A stretch of 64,000 bases of DNA from Patescibacteria group bacterium (GCA_038065055.1 JBBTRT010000005.1:2706-66705); one strand, 5' to 3'. Positions 56,669-63,924 are shown, counted from the first letter of the stretch. Made by a program: numbers and translations. Notes: a model not told the origin generated them from the sequence alone.

Positions 56669-57083
56669 AGAGTTTTTCTCCTAAGGCACTGATATTTTTT
56701 GATAGGTATTTTTCATATTCGGTCCACCGGCTCTCGCTCCATAATTCCACCCGATTACCGACGCCGATAAACACGGCCGCCGTCTGAATCTGGGCATAAT
56801 CGCGCAAGTATTTGGGAATAATAAAGCGGCCCTGGCTATCCAGATCAATTTCAAAGGCGCTTCCCAAAAGAAAGCGGTCAGTCGCCCGGGCGGGTTCAAG
56901 AGTAAGTTTCTGGTTGGTAATTTGGCCCACCACTTGCTGCCAGTCTTTATTAGAGACAATCATCAGGGATTGTTCGTAACCGGCGGTAATAATGGCTTTT
57001 TGGCCTAGAGCCTGTTTAAATTTAACCGGTAAGGCAGTTCTTCCCTTGAGGTCGATTTTAGTTTGATAATGACCGATAAGCAT
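56643..57083 (-). CDS. mraZ: transcriptional regulator MraZ
   Basis: MLIGHYQTKIDLKGRTALPVKFKQAL and the second SpoVT/AbrB-like repeat DSQGRFIIPKYLRDYA. Confidence 0.9.
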   Translation of the reverse strand: MLIGHYQTKIDLKGRTALPVKFKQALGQKAIITAGYEQSLMIVSNKDWQQVVGQITNQKLTLEPARATDRFLLGSAFEIDLDSQGRFIIPKYLRDYAQIQTAAVFIGVGNRVELWSESRWTEYEKYLSKNISALGEKLSAQPSSFT

Positions 57084-57092
57084 ATATATTCA

Positions 57093-57120
57093 CCACTATT
57101 CCCCACTTTGTTCCACTTTA
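57093..57120 (-). promoter_or_regulatory. putative MraZ operator: three direct boxes AAAGTGG / AAAGTGG / ATAGTGG with exact 10-bp phasing, in the mraZ 5' leader
   Basis: Minus strand reads TTAAAGTGGAACAAAGTGGGGAATAGTGGTGAATATATATG. The CCACT cores on the plus strand are at 57093, 57103 and 57113. Confidence 0.65.
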
Positions 57121-57124
57121 ATTG

Positions 57125-57153
57125 ATTTTGATGTATTTTCACGGGCATGTCAA
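57125..57153 (-). promoter_or_regulatory. Pmra-like promoter: TTGACA (complement of 57148-57153), 17 nt spacer, CAAAAT (complement of 57125-57130)
   Basis: Read directly on the minus strand: TTGACATGCCCGTGAAAATACATCAAAAT. Confidence 0.55.
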
Positions 57154-57171
57154 GTGGTATATAATCTAACT

Positions 57172-57630
57172 ATGACTGGTCCACTTGTTCCAAAAGATTT
57201 TAAAGTTCCTGAAGTTTTAGAAACAGAAAAATTCAGATTAAGAATGTTGAAAATCAGTGATGTGGTTAAAGATTATGATGCAGTAATGTCTAGCCTTAAC
57301 CATCTACGGGGAATTTTTGGTGATGGTAGTACCTGGCCACAAAAAGACTTGGGTTTTGAACAAGACTTAATTGATTTGGGATGGCATCAAAAAGAGTTCC
57401 AAACCAGATCATCTTTTGCCTATACGGTCATGAACCCTAATGAAAGCCAATGCTTGGGTTGCATGTATATTTTTCCCTCATCAAAACCAGAATACGAGGT
57501 CGAAATATTTATGTGGGTAAGAAAAAGTGAGTTCGATAAAGGACTTGATCAAGTGTTATTTAAAACCGTAAAGAGTTGGGTTGAAGAAAAATGGCCATTT
57601 AAAAAAGTCCGTTACCCTGGAAGAGAGTAA
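57172..57630 (+). CDS. GNAT-like acetyltransferase (tentative)
   Basis: The ETEKFRLRMLKISDVVKDYDAV N-terminal pattern and the size fit the Acetyltransf_3-type. The start was set to ATG 57172, 6 nt after TATAAT (57160-57165); the track has GTG at 57154. Confidence 0.4.
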   Translation: MTGPLVPKDFKVPEVLETEKFRLRMLKISDVVKDYDAVMSSLNHLRGIFGDGSTWPQKDLGFEQDLIDLGWHQKEFQTRSSFAYTVMNPNESQCLGCMYIFPSSKPEYEVEIFMWVRKSEFDKGLDQVLFKTVKSWVEEKWPFKKVRYPGRE

Positions 57631-57669
57631 AACAAATTTTTGAAGTGCTGTGGAATATGGGGAAGAAGG

Positions 57670-58026
57670 TTAATCGGTAACCTCAACTCCAACCTTGTCA
57701 GCAACCTTAATCATTAATGACTCTAACCGATGATATTGTTCTGCCATAATTACTTCATTATCGCGATGTTTTTCTATTTCTGCTAAAATTGGGTCGATTT
57801 TTTGCTGCCATTTATGCTCAAATTCTCTGAACGTGTCTGATTTGAAAAAATTCCAATCTTCTTTCATTTCCTCTCGAAAATATTTGAATTGGTCGTTTAC
57901 TTGTCCGAAACGCTTATCTACTTGTTCGAAGCGCTTATCTACCTGTTCGAAGCGCCTATCCATCTTTTTTTCTAAATGCTGAATATCTTTCTTGGTGGCA
58001 AAACCATTAGTTAATTTTTTGGTCAT
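57670..58026 (-). CDS. small coiled-coil protein with tandem RFEQVDK heptads (DUF1640-like)
   Basis: ATKKDIQHLEKKMDRRFEQVDKRFEQVDKRFGQVNDQF, encoded by 21-bp tandem DNA repeats at 57885-57968. Confidence 0.6.
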   Translation of the reverse strand: MTKKLTNGFATKKDIQHLEKKMDRRFEQVDKRFEQVDKRFGQVNDQFKYFREEMKEDWNFFKSDTFREFEHKWQQKIDPILAEIEKHRDNEVIMAEQYHRLESLMIKVADKVGVEVTD

Positions 58027-58085
58027 AGTTAATTAGTACCGCGTGTAAAGAAAAAAGTAAATTACCAAAAGTTAGAAAACAGTTA

Positions 58086-58937
58086 TTATATCTTCAGCTT
58101 TTCTACGGCAATACCGGCAAGGACAATTAACCCGCCGCCAAGTAATTGAATCGGAGTCATGGTTTCTTTAAGTAAAGTCATGGCCATTAAACTGACAAAA
58201 ACCGGGGTTAAGGAATACATCATGGTCAGATAGGCGGCCGAAGCATATTGATAAGCCCGGAAACGAAATAAAGTTAAAACAATGTATGCACCAGCCAACA
58301 AAATTATTAAAGCGATTGATTTTGGCCAATAGACAGCATGATTAAATAAAGCAATGAGGCTAAGGGGAATGACGCCAATTAAATAGGCAGCGGCCGCACT
58401 TAAATTCGGGCTCATTCTTTTAACCGCCATTTTCCCTAAAACAGTATTTCCCAAAGCAATTAAGGCGGCTTCGATTAAGGTAAAAATATCACCGGCAGAA
58501 AACACCAGTTTTTGCCCTTGGGCGATCAATAAATATGAACCAAATAAAATTACTATGGCTAGAACTATCTTCTTTAAAGTTAGTTTTTCTCCCAGAAAAA
58601 TGTATGCAAACAAAAAAGTAAATAAGATTACAGTGCGAATTAAAAACGAGTAATTAATCGCTTGGCTATACCTTAAAGCTAAAGCTTCAGTGATGCCGAT
58701 GCCGACGGTGCTAATTAAGCCCATGCCTAAAAGAATAGTTAGATCATATCGGGTAATTTTTTTAGCCGCCTCTTTTTGTTTTAAAAACACTATTCCCCAA
58801 AATGGAACCGAGAAAATAGTAGTCCAAAAAGCGACGTTGTAAGCGTTTCCGCCGCCAATATAAATGAATCGGGCAATAATAATGGCAATTGCCCAAGATA
58901 GTGCCGCAAGAAAAGTGTATTTAAACTTCTGGGTCAT
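58086..58937 (-). CDS. EamA/DMT-family transporter
   Basis: 10 TM helices in two 5-TM halves. AAGTGGTAAAAT (complement of 58945-58956) lies 7 nt upstream of the ATG. Confidence 0.75.
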   Translation of the reverse strand: MTQKFKYTFLAALSWAIAIIIARFIYIGGGNAYNVAFWTTIFSVPFWGIVFLKQKEAAKKITRYDLTILLGMGLISTVGIGITEALALRYSQAINYSFLIRTVILFTFLFAYIFLGEKLTLKKIVLAIVILFGSYLLIAQGQKLVFSAGDIFTLIEAALIALGNTVLGKMAVKRMSPNLSAAAAYLIGVIPLSLIALFNHAVYWPKSIALIILLAGAYIVLTLFRFRAYQYASAAYLTMMYSLTPVFVSLMAMTLLKETMTPIQLLGGGLIVLAGIAVEKLKI

Positions 58938-59012
58938 TTTGGCTATTTTACCACTTACTGGATAAGTTTTATTTCCAATTACAATTAAAATCGCTAAAAC
59001 CCAGAGGCAACT

Positions 59013-60005
59013 TTAAGAATTATCTTTAATATATTGTTTAAATTGTTTCATTAGAGAATCGTCAATCTCAATCCAACCTTTTCTTAAATTTTCGTCTCTA
59101 GTTTTGATAGTCGTTTCACCAGGGATTCTCATTTTTTCCCCAACCTTCATTTTGGCTTTTTTCATTCTTTCAATCATCATTTTCATTTTACGTTTAAACT
59201 CTTTCACATCCCCGACTAGTTTTGGAGAAAAGACCAAAAGAAAATTACCCCAATCATTTCTTTTCGGCATGTCAATAAATCCAGCCCCGACTAAGATACC
59301 AGCTAAAATCTCCACGATCATAGCCAGGCCAGAGCCTTTATAAGTATTATCAAAAGAAAGCAGTGATTTAGCTTTATTGGGATTGGTTGTTAATTCCCCA
59401 GTTTCATCGACAGCCACGTTTTCCGGTAAAGATTTTCCCGTTGCTTGAGCTATAAGCAAAGCGCCCCAACTGATCGCCGTTGTCCCCATGTCAAAAATAA
59501 ACGGCTGCGGTTCAGCAGGAATAGCAAAACCAACCGGATTGGTTCCAAATAAAGGTTCTGCAGTGCTAAAACTGGCCATGCATAATGGCGATCGCGCCAT
59601 AGCTATTCCAATTAAATTAGTTTGAGCGATTTTTTCCAGATAATATGACAAACTGCCGCAAGTCGAGTAGGTATTTCTGGTGCCGGTTATCGCAAATCCT
59701 ACTTTTGTGGCTTTTTCCATGGCTTTTTCCATTGCCAAAGACATCACCAACATGGCCGGATTCTGATTTGCGTCAATAATTTGTGATGCTGGCGTATCAA
59801 TTACAATCTTTGGTTTGCCAGTTGGTTTTTGAGCCAGTTGACTCGACCCGGCAATAAACAAACGGACAATCCCATGAGAAGTTTTATTGGAAAGTTGACC
59901 AAATAAAATTACCTCGGCAATTCTGTCAGCATCTTTTCCATCATAATGTTTTGTTTTTAAAGCCTGATAAATTAACTTCCTTAACTCAGGAATTGTTATT
60001 TTCAT
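59013..60005 (-). CDS. Ldh_2-family (malate/L-lactate/sulfolactate-type) dehydrogenase
   Basis: SHGIVRL motif and the GTNPVGFAIP region. The start was trimmed to MKITIPE (ATG 60005). Confidence 0.75.
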   Translation of the reverse strand: MKITIPELRKLIYQALKTKHYDGKDADRIAEVILFGQLSNKTSHGIVRLFIAGSSQLAQKPTGKPKIVIDTPASQIIDANQNPAMLVMSLAMEKAMEKATKVGFAITGTRNTYSTCGSLSYYLEKIAQTNLIGIAMARSPLCMASFSTAEPLFGTNPVGFAIPAEPQPFIFDMGTTAISWGALLIAQATGKSLPENVAVDETGELTTNPNKAKSLLSFDNTYKGSGLAMIVEILAGILVGAGFIDMPKRNDWGNFLLVFSPKLVGDVKEFKRKMKMMIERMKKAKMKVGEKMRIPGETTIKTRDENLRKGWIEIDDSLMKQFKQYIKDNS

Positions 60006-60538
60006 ATAAACTCTAAAATCTGAGGCAGCCGAACGCATTTATCATCATTACCAAAATGACCAAGCCCTTTAACTAAAACAAATTTTGCATTGAGCCTTTT
60101 ACTCATTTCTTCAGCCGTAGAAGCAGTTACGTACGGATCATGTTCTCCCTGAATTACCACTATATCTTTGACATTATTCTTAATTTTCCGATGGTTAATT
60201 TTTGTTTTCCAAAATAATCGATGAGCTTTAAATAAATCATCAAAGTCCCAACCGGAAACTATAATCATCTTGGCAAATTTGTATTTTTCGGCTAAACGCA
60301 TGGCAACCAAAGTACCAATACTATGGCCGATGATAATCGTGTTTTTATCGATTATTAAAATCTGTTTAACTTTCTGAATCATCTTGGTCAAATTTGGCGT
60401 TTTAGCCCTAATTGTGGGTAAATCTGGAAGAAAAACAGCATAACCACGTTTTTCTAATTCTGATTTAATCCACGGATACCAAATATCCGTTGTTTGGGAA
60501 AACCAACTTTGAAGAAATAATGCTTGTTTTTTTGCCAT
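60002..60538 (-). CDS. small alpha/beta hydrolase (YdeN/RBBP9-like serine hydrolase)
   Basis: IIGHSIGT nucleophile elbow and GEHDPYV...GHF; 178 aa. Confidence 0.65.
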   Translation of the reverse strand: MAKKQALFLQSWFSQTTDIWYPWIKSELEKRGYAVFLPDLPTIRAKTPNLTKMIQKVKQILIIDKNTIIIGHSIGTLVAMRLAEKYKFAKMIIVSGWDFDDLFKAHRLFWKTKINHRKIKNNVKDIVVIQGEHDPYVTASTAEEMSKRLNAKFVLVKGLGHFGNDDKCVRLPQILEFI

Positions 60539-60545
60539 ATGCCGC

Positions 60546-61340
60546 CTACCTTACCACTAAGAATGTTCCCAGGCTGGTGACCGGGGCGGAGAGCTTAGCT
60601 TCGCCAACGGTCGATTTTAACTCGGCGTAAGCCTTACCATCCCAAAACATTAACTTAGCGCCGGTCAGGTCATCTTTAGACTGGATGGTTAAAGTGGCAG
60701 ACTTTAAAGTTTGTTTGTCGGCGGCTAAAAACGCGTACGGGCCGGCTAAAACTTCACCGTCAACCGGGGCGGGAAGGCCCATGGTGCCGGAAATAATTAA
60801 ATAAGTGGCACTGGGTAAACCGGATTTACCCACGTCCAAAGTGGCTTTAATATCTTTGCTGGTAAACACCCCCTGGCGGTCAAACATATTTTGGAGGTTA
60901 AAGTCAGACTTTAAAGTATAAGCTTCGCTGCCGCCGTCGAAACGCAAAGTTAAACTGCCGCCGGAAACATTTTCATCGTAACGGCATTTACCCTTGGAGC
61001 AGGAACCAAAGAGTAGGTTTTTGGCCACCGGAGTGGGTTCTTGCGAAAAATCTATGTTGCCGAAAACGCCCTGGATTAAATTGTCAGCCTGGTATTCCAT
61101 TTCGTACTCCACTTTAGTGGCATTGGTGACTTTATCAATCCCCAAGGTCACTTCCTTACCGTCTGCCCTGGGAATTAAGGTCACAAAAGGCCTGTCTTTG
61201 AGCGCTAATTGGTTGATTTGCTCGACTTTACGGCTAGCGGGTTTGGTAGTTTCTGTGTTTTTTGGTTTTTTATAAATATAAATACCGACGATTAAAACAA
61301 TAATAATAGCGGGAATAATATATTTTAAGTAAGGTTTCAT
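60546..61340 (-). CDS. hypothetical membrane-anchored extracytoplasmic protein
   Basis: N-terminal TM helix YIIPAIIIVLIVGIYIY; the remainder looks beta-rich. I recognise no family. Confidence 0.5.
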   Translation of the reverse strand: MKPYLKYIIPAIIIVLIVGIYIYKKPKNTETTKPASRKVEQINQLALKDRPFVTLIPRADGKEVTLGIDKVTNATKVEYEMEYQADNLIQGVFGNIDFSQEPTPVAKNLLFGSCSKGKCRYDENVSGGSLTLRFDGGSEAYTLKSDFNLQNMFDRQGVFTSKDIKATLDVGKSGLPSATYLIISGTMGLPAPVDGEVLAGPYAFLAADKQTLKSATLTIQSKDDLTGAKLMFWDGKAYAELKSTVGEAKLSAPVTSLGTFLVVR

Positions 61341-62689
61341 AGTTTCTCCTGAAAATAGTTAACTAATTGATCAATTTTGATTCGCTCCTGTTTCATGGTG
61401 TCCCGGTCGCGGACCGTGACCGCCTTATCTTTTAGGCTATCAAAATCCACGGTAATGCACCAGGGGGTGCCGGCTTCGTCCTGACGGCGGTAGCGCTTGC
61501 CGATGTTACCACCATCATCCCAGGCGGTGGTGAATTTAGGACTTAAGAGTTTAAAAACCTGACGGGCGGCAGTAACTAACTCTGGTTTATTTGGCAATAA
61601 TGGAAAAACAGCGACTTTAAATGGTGCCAAACGGGGGGTTAATTTTAACACCACTCGGTCTTTTTCCTCAGTGTAGGCTTCAGTCAGTAAAACCAGAATT
61701 GAGCGGGATAAGCCAAAAGTCGGTTCGATGACGTGGGGAATGAATTTTTCCTGAGTGTAGGGGTCGGTGTAGCGCAAATCCACGCCACTTTTTTCCATGT
61801 GGTTTTTCAGATCAAAATCAGTCCGGTAAGCACAAGCAAACCACTCTTTAAAACCAAAGGGGAATTCGTATTCTAAATCTTCAGTGCGCTTAGAATAGTG
61901 AGCTAATTCTTTTTGGTCGTGAGCGCGCCACTTTAATTTCTTTTTGTTAACGCCTAAGGAAACAGCAAATTTCTCGATTTCTGATTGCCAGTATTCAAAC
62001 TCTTTTTCCCAGGTTTTAGCGTCAATGTAATATTCAAATTCAGCCAAGTCGAATTCCAGAGTGCGGAAAACCTGCTGGCCTTTGGTGATTTCATTGCGGA
62101 ATACTTTGCCGGATTGGGCCAGGCCAAAAGGCAGCTTGGGAGCAAAAGTATCCAAAATTTGTTTAAAGTCCACAAACATACCCTGGGCGGTCTCCCCTCT
62201 TAAATAGGCAAGGGATTTATTTTCCGGGACAATGCCGATGTGGGTTTCGAAAAGCAAGTTGAATTTTTTGGCTTCGGTCCAGTTAAATTGGCCGCAAGCC
62301 GGGCAAGCAATCTTTTTAGTGGTGATAATTTCGTTTAATTCTGCCAAACTTTTACCTTCGACTTTGGTTTTCAATTTGTCTTCGATCAAGTGATCGGCGC
62401 GGGTACGGGTGTGGCACTGCTTGCATTCAATTAAAGCGTCGGTAAAACTGGAGGTGTGGCCGGAGGCTTCCCAAACTTTGGGGTTCATGAGAACGCTGGT
62501 TTCAAGGCCGTAAATATTTTCCCGGGTGGAAACAAAAAATTCCCACCAGTAATTCCGGAGGTTGCGCAAAAGTTCGACGCCCAAGGGGCCGTAGTCGTAA
62601 GTATTGGCCAGTCCCCCATAAATTTCCGAGCCGGGGAAAATAAACCCGCGGCGCTTAGCCAAGGCGGTCACTTGCTTAAATAAGTCCAT
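61337..62689 (-). CDS. glyQS: glycyl-tRNA synthetase (dimeric class II type)
   Basis: AKRRGFIFPGSEIYGGLANTYDYGPLG and the class II motifs (FRNEITKG..., GLSR...). Confidence 0.9.
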   Translation of the reverse strand: MDLFKQVTALAKRRGFIFPGSEIYGGLANTYDYGPLGVELLRNLRNYWWEFFVSTRENIYGLETSVLMNPKVWEASGHTSSFTDALIECKQCHTRTRADHLIEDKLKTKVEGKSLAELNEIITTKKIACPACGQFNWTEAKKFNLLFETHIGIVPENKSLAYLRGETAQGMFVDFKQILDTFAPKLPFGLAQSGKVFRNEITKGQQVFRTLEFDLAEFEYYIDAKTWEKEFEYWQSEIEKFAVSLGVNKKKLKWRAHDQKELAHYSKRTEDLEYEFPFGFKEWFACAYRTDFDLKNHMEKSGVDLRYTDPYTQEKFIPHVIEPTFGLSRSILVLLTEAYTEEKDRVVLKLTPRLAPFKVAVFPLLPNKPELVTAARQVFKLLSPKFTTAWDDGGNIGKRYRRQDEAGTPWCITVDFDSLKDKAVTVRDRDTMKQERIKIDQLVNYFQEKL

Positions 62690-63041
62690 ATCTGCCGGTA
62701 ACCCTTTGTTTTAAAATTTCAAATTCCTGACGGGTAGGAGTAGTTTCGGCTAAATTGGCAATTGATTGCTGTAAATCCCGACCCATTTTATTCATTCTAA
62801 CTACTAATCTTCGCTCTAACCGTCGTTCAGATTTGCCTAATTCGCTCTTTAAATCGTCTTTTGTGGGAAAACTTTTAAGATCATTTTTCGTGGCGAAATT
62901 TTTCAAGTCGCCTCTCGCAACTAATTTCCTTTGAGTGATTTCTTCACCGATTATTTGCCGAACATCGTCCTTGGTGGCAACACCAACATCTTTTAAAACT
63001 TTGATTAAATCTGTTTTTGTTAAAGCTTTATCTTTTACCAT
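62676..63041 (-). CDS. small coiled-coil protein with repeated (A/P)TK(D/N)DL motifs (DUF1640-like); possibly related (by repeat style) to 57670-58026
   Basis: VATKDDV..FATKNDLKSFPTKDDLKSEL. TAGTAT (complement of 63049-63054) lies 7 nt upstream of the ATG. Confidence 0.55.
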   Translation of the reverse strand: MVKDKALTKTDLIKVLKDVGVATKDDVRQIIGEEITQRKLVARGDLKNFATKNDLKSFPTKDDLKSELGKSERRLERRLVVRMNKMGRDLQQSIANLAETTPTRQEFEILKQRVTGRYGLI

Positions 63042-63080
63042 ATATGTAATACTAACAAATTGAATTAATGAAGTCTATCA

Positions 63081-63111
63081 GTTAGCCTGCGAGGAGAGTC
63101 CTCTTAGGCTA
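63081..63111. repeat. REP-like palindrome (TTAGCCTGCGAGGA GAG TCCTCTTAGGCTAA), degenerate
   Basis: Read directly. Confidence 0.7.
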
Positions 63112-63137
63112 ATAATTACTTCTATCTACATCAAGTA

Positions 63138-63162
63138 CCTGCAAGGAGAGTCCTCGCAGAGG
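63138..63162. repeat. REP-like palindrome (CCTGCAAGGA GAG TCCTCGCAGAGG), degenerate with a 1-nt bulge
   Basis: Read directly. Confidence 0.6.
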
Positions 63163-63168
63163 TTCACA

Positions 63169-63202
63169 ACTACGAGGTTGGACCTTGTAGGTTACTTGTA
63201 GG
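63169..63202. repeat. REP-like palindrome (ACTACGAGG TTGGA CCTTGTAGG) plus a duplicated right half-site CTTGTAGG
   Basis: Read directly. Confidence 0.6.
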
Positions 63203-63392
63203 CTTATTTTCTTAAACTAATTCCTAACATGAGGAGGAGGTTGAAGTCGAGGAGCCAGGCGGCGGTGAAGATGATGAGTTTAATCGGACGGGTGGCAGAT
63301 TTGGAAGACAAATACAACTTAACCGGGTAGGCGAAAACCAGCAAGCCGCAAATTAGGGCCGAAGTGGAAAGAAGAATCAGCTTTTAATTATA

Positions 63393-63923
63393 CTACCTGA
63401 TTTTGTTGGAATGAAGCGTGCGTTCGGTAATGGAGGCAATGTGGGTTTCTAAAGACTCGCGGGAGATTTCGGCGGGCAAGCCAAAACCCAATAATTTTAA
63501 TAATTCTGTTTCAAAGTTAACGATTAAATCCGAGGTAACTGATTGGCTGTTTAATTGGGATAAATAAGTTTTGAGTAAAGCAAAAATTGCCACCTGTTCC
63601 TGGTTTTCGACCGTTAATTTGTCGACTAATTCGCAAAATAAATAGGCAATGCGGACACGGTTTAAATTTTGGCGCAAACGGGAAAAATTATTAACCGTGG
63701 CGGCTTCGGTGATCAAATCAATACTTTTAGTTGTCACGATCATTAAGCGGGATAAAGTAAAAATTTCCAAGTGGCCTTTTTTGCGGGAGGTCAATTTGCG
63801 GATACCTTTGGCCATTAATTTTAATTTGCCGGATCTTTCGGAAAAAACAGTAATTAAGCGGTCGGCTTCGCCTAAATTCTGCCGTTTTAAAATAATCGCG
63901 GTGGCCCGGTAAATTTTGGCCAC
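63393..63923 (-). CDS. recO: DNA repair protein RecO (short form), GTG start
   Basis: AKIYRATAIILKRQNLGEADRLITVFSERSGKLKLMAKG (OB-fold N-terminus typical of RecO). Confidence 0.75.
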   Translation of the reverse strand: MAKIYRATAIILKRQNLGEADRLITVFSERSGKLKLMAKGIRKLTSRKKGHLEIFTLSRLMIVTTKSIDLITEAATVNNFSRLRQNLNRVRIAYLFCELVDKLTVENQEQVAIFALLKTYLSQLNSQSVTSDLIVNFETELLKLLGFGLPAEISRESLETHIASITERTLHSNKIR

Positions 63924-63924
63924 G

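Noticed and set aside
19505-63202. Whether the recurring palindromes represent a CRISPR array
   Set aside because: The copies are scattered over 44 kb, irregularly spaced, variable in sequence and often inside genes. There is no repeat-spacer periodicity and there are no cas genes.
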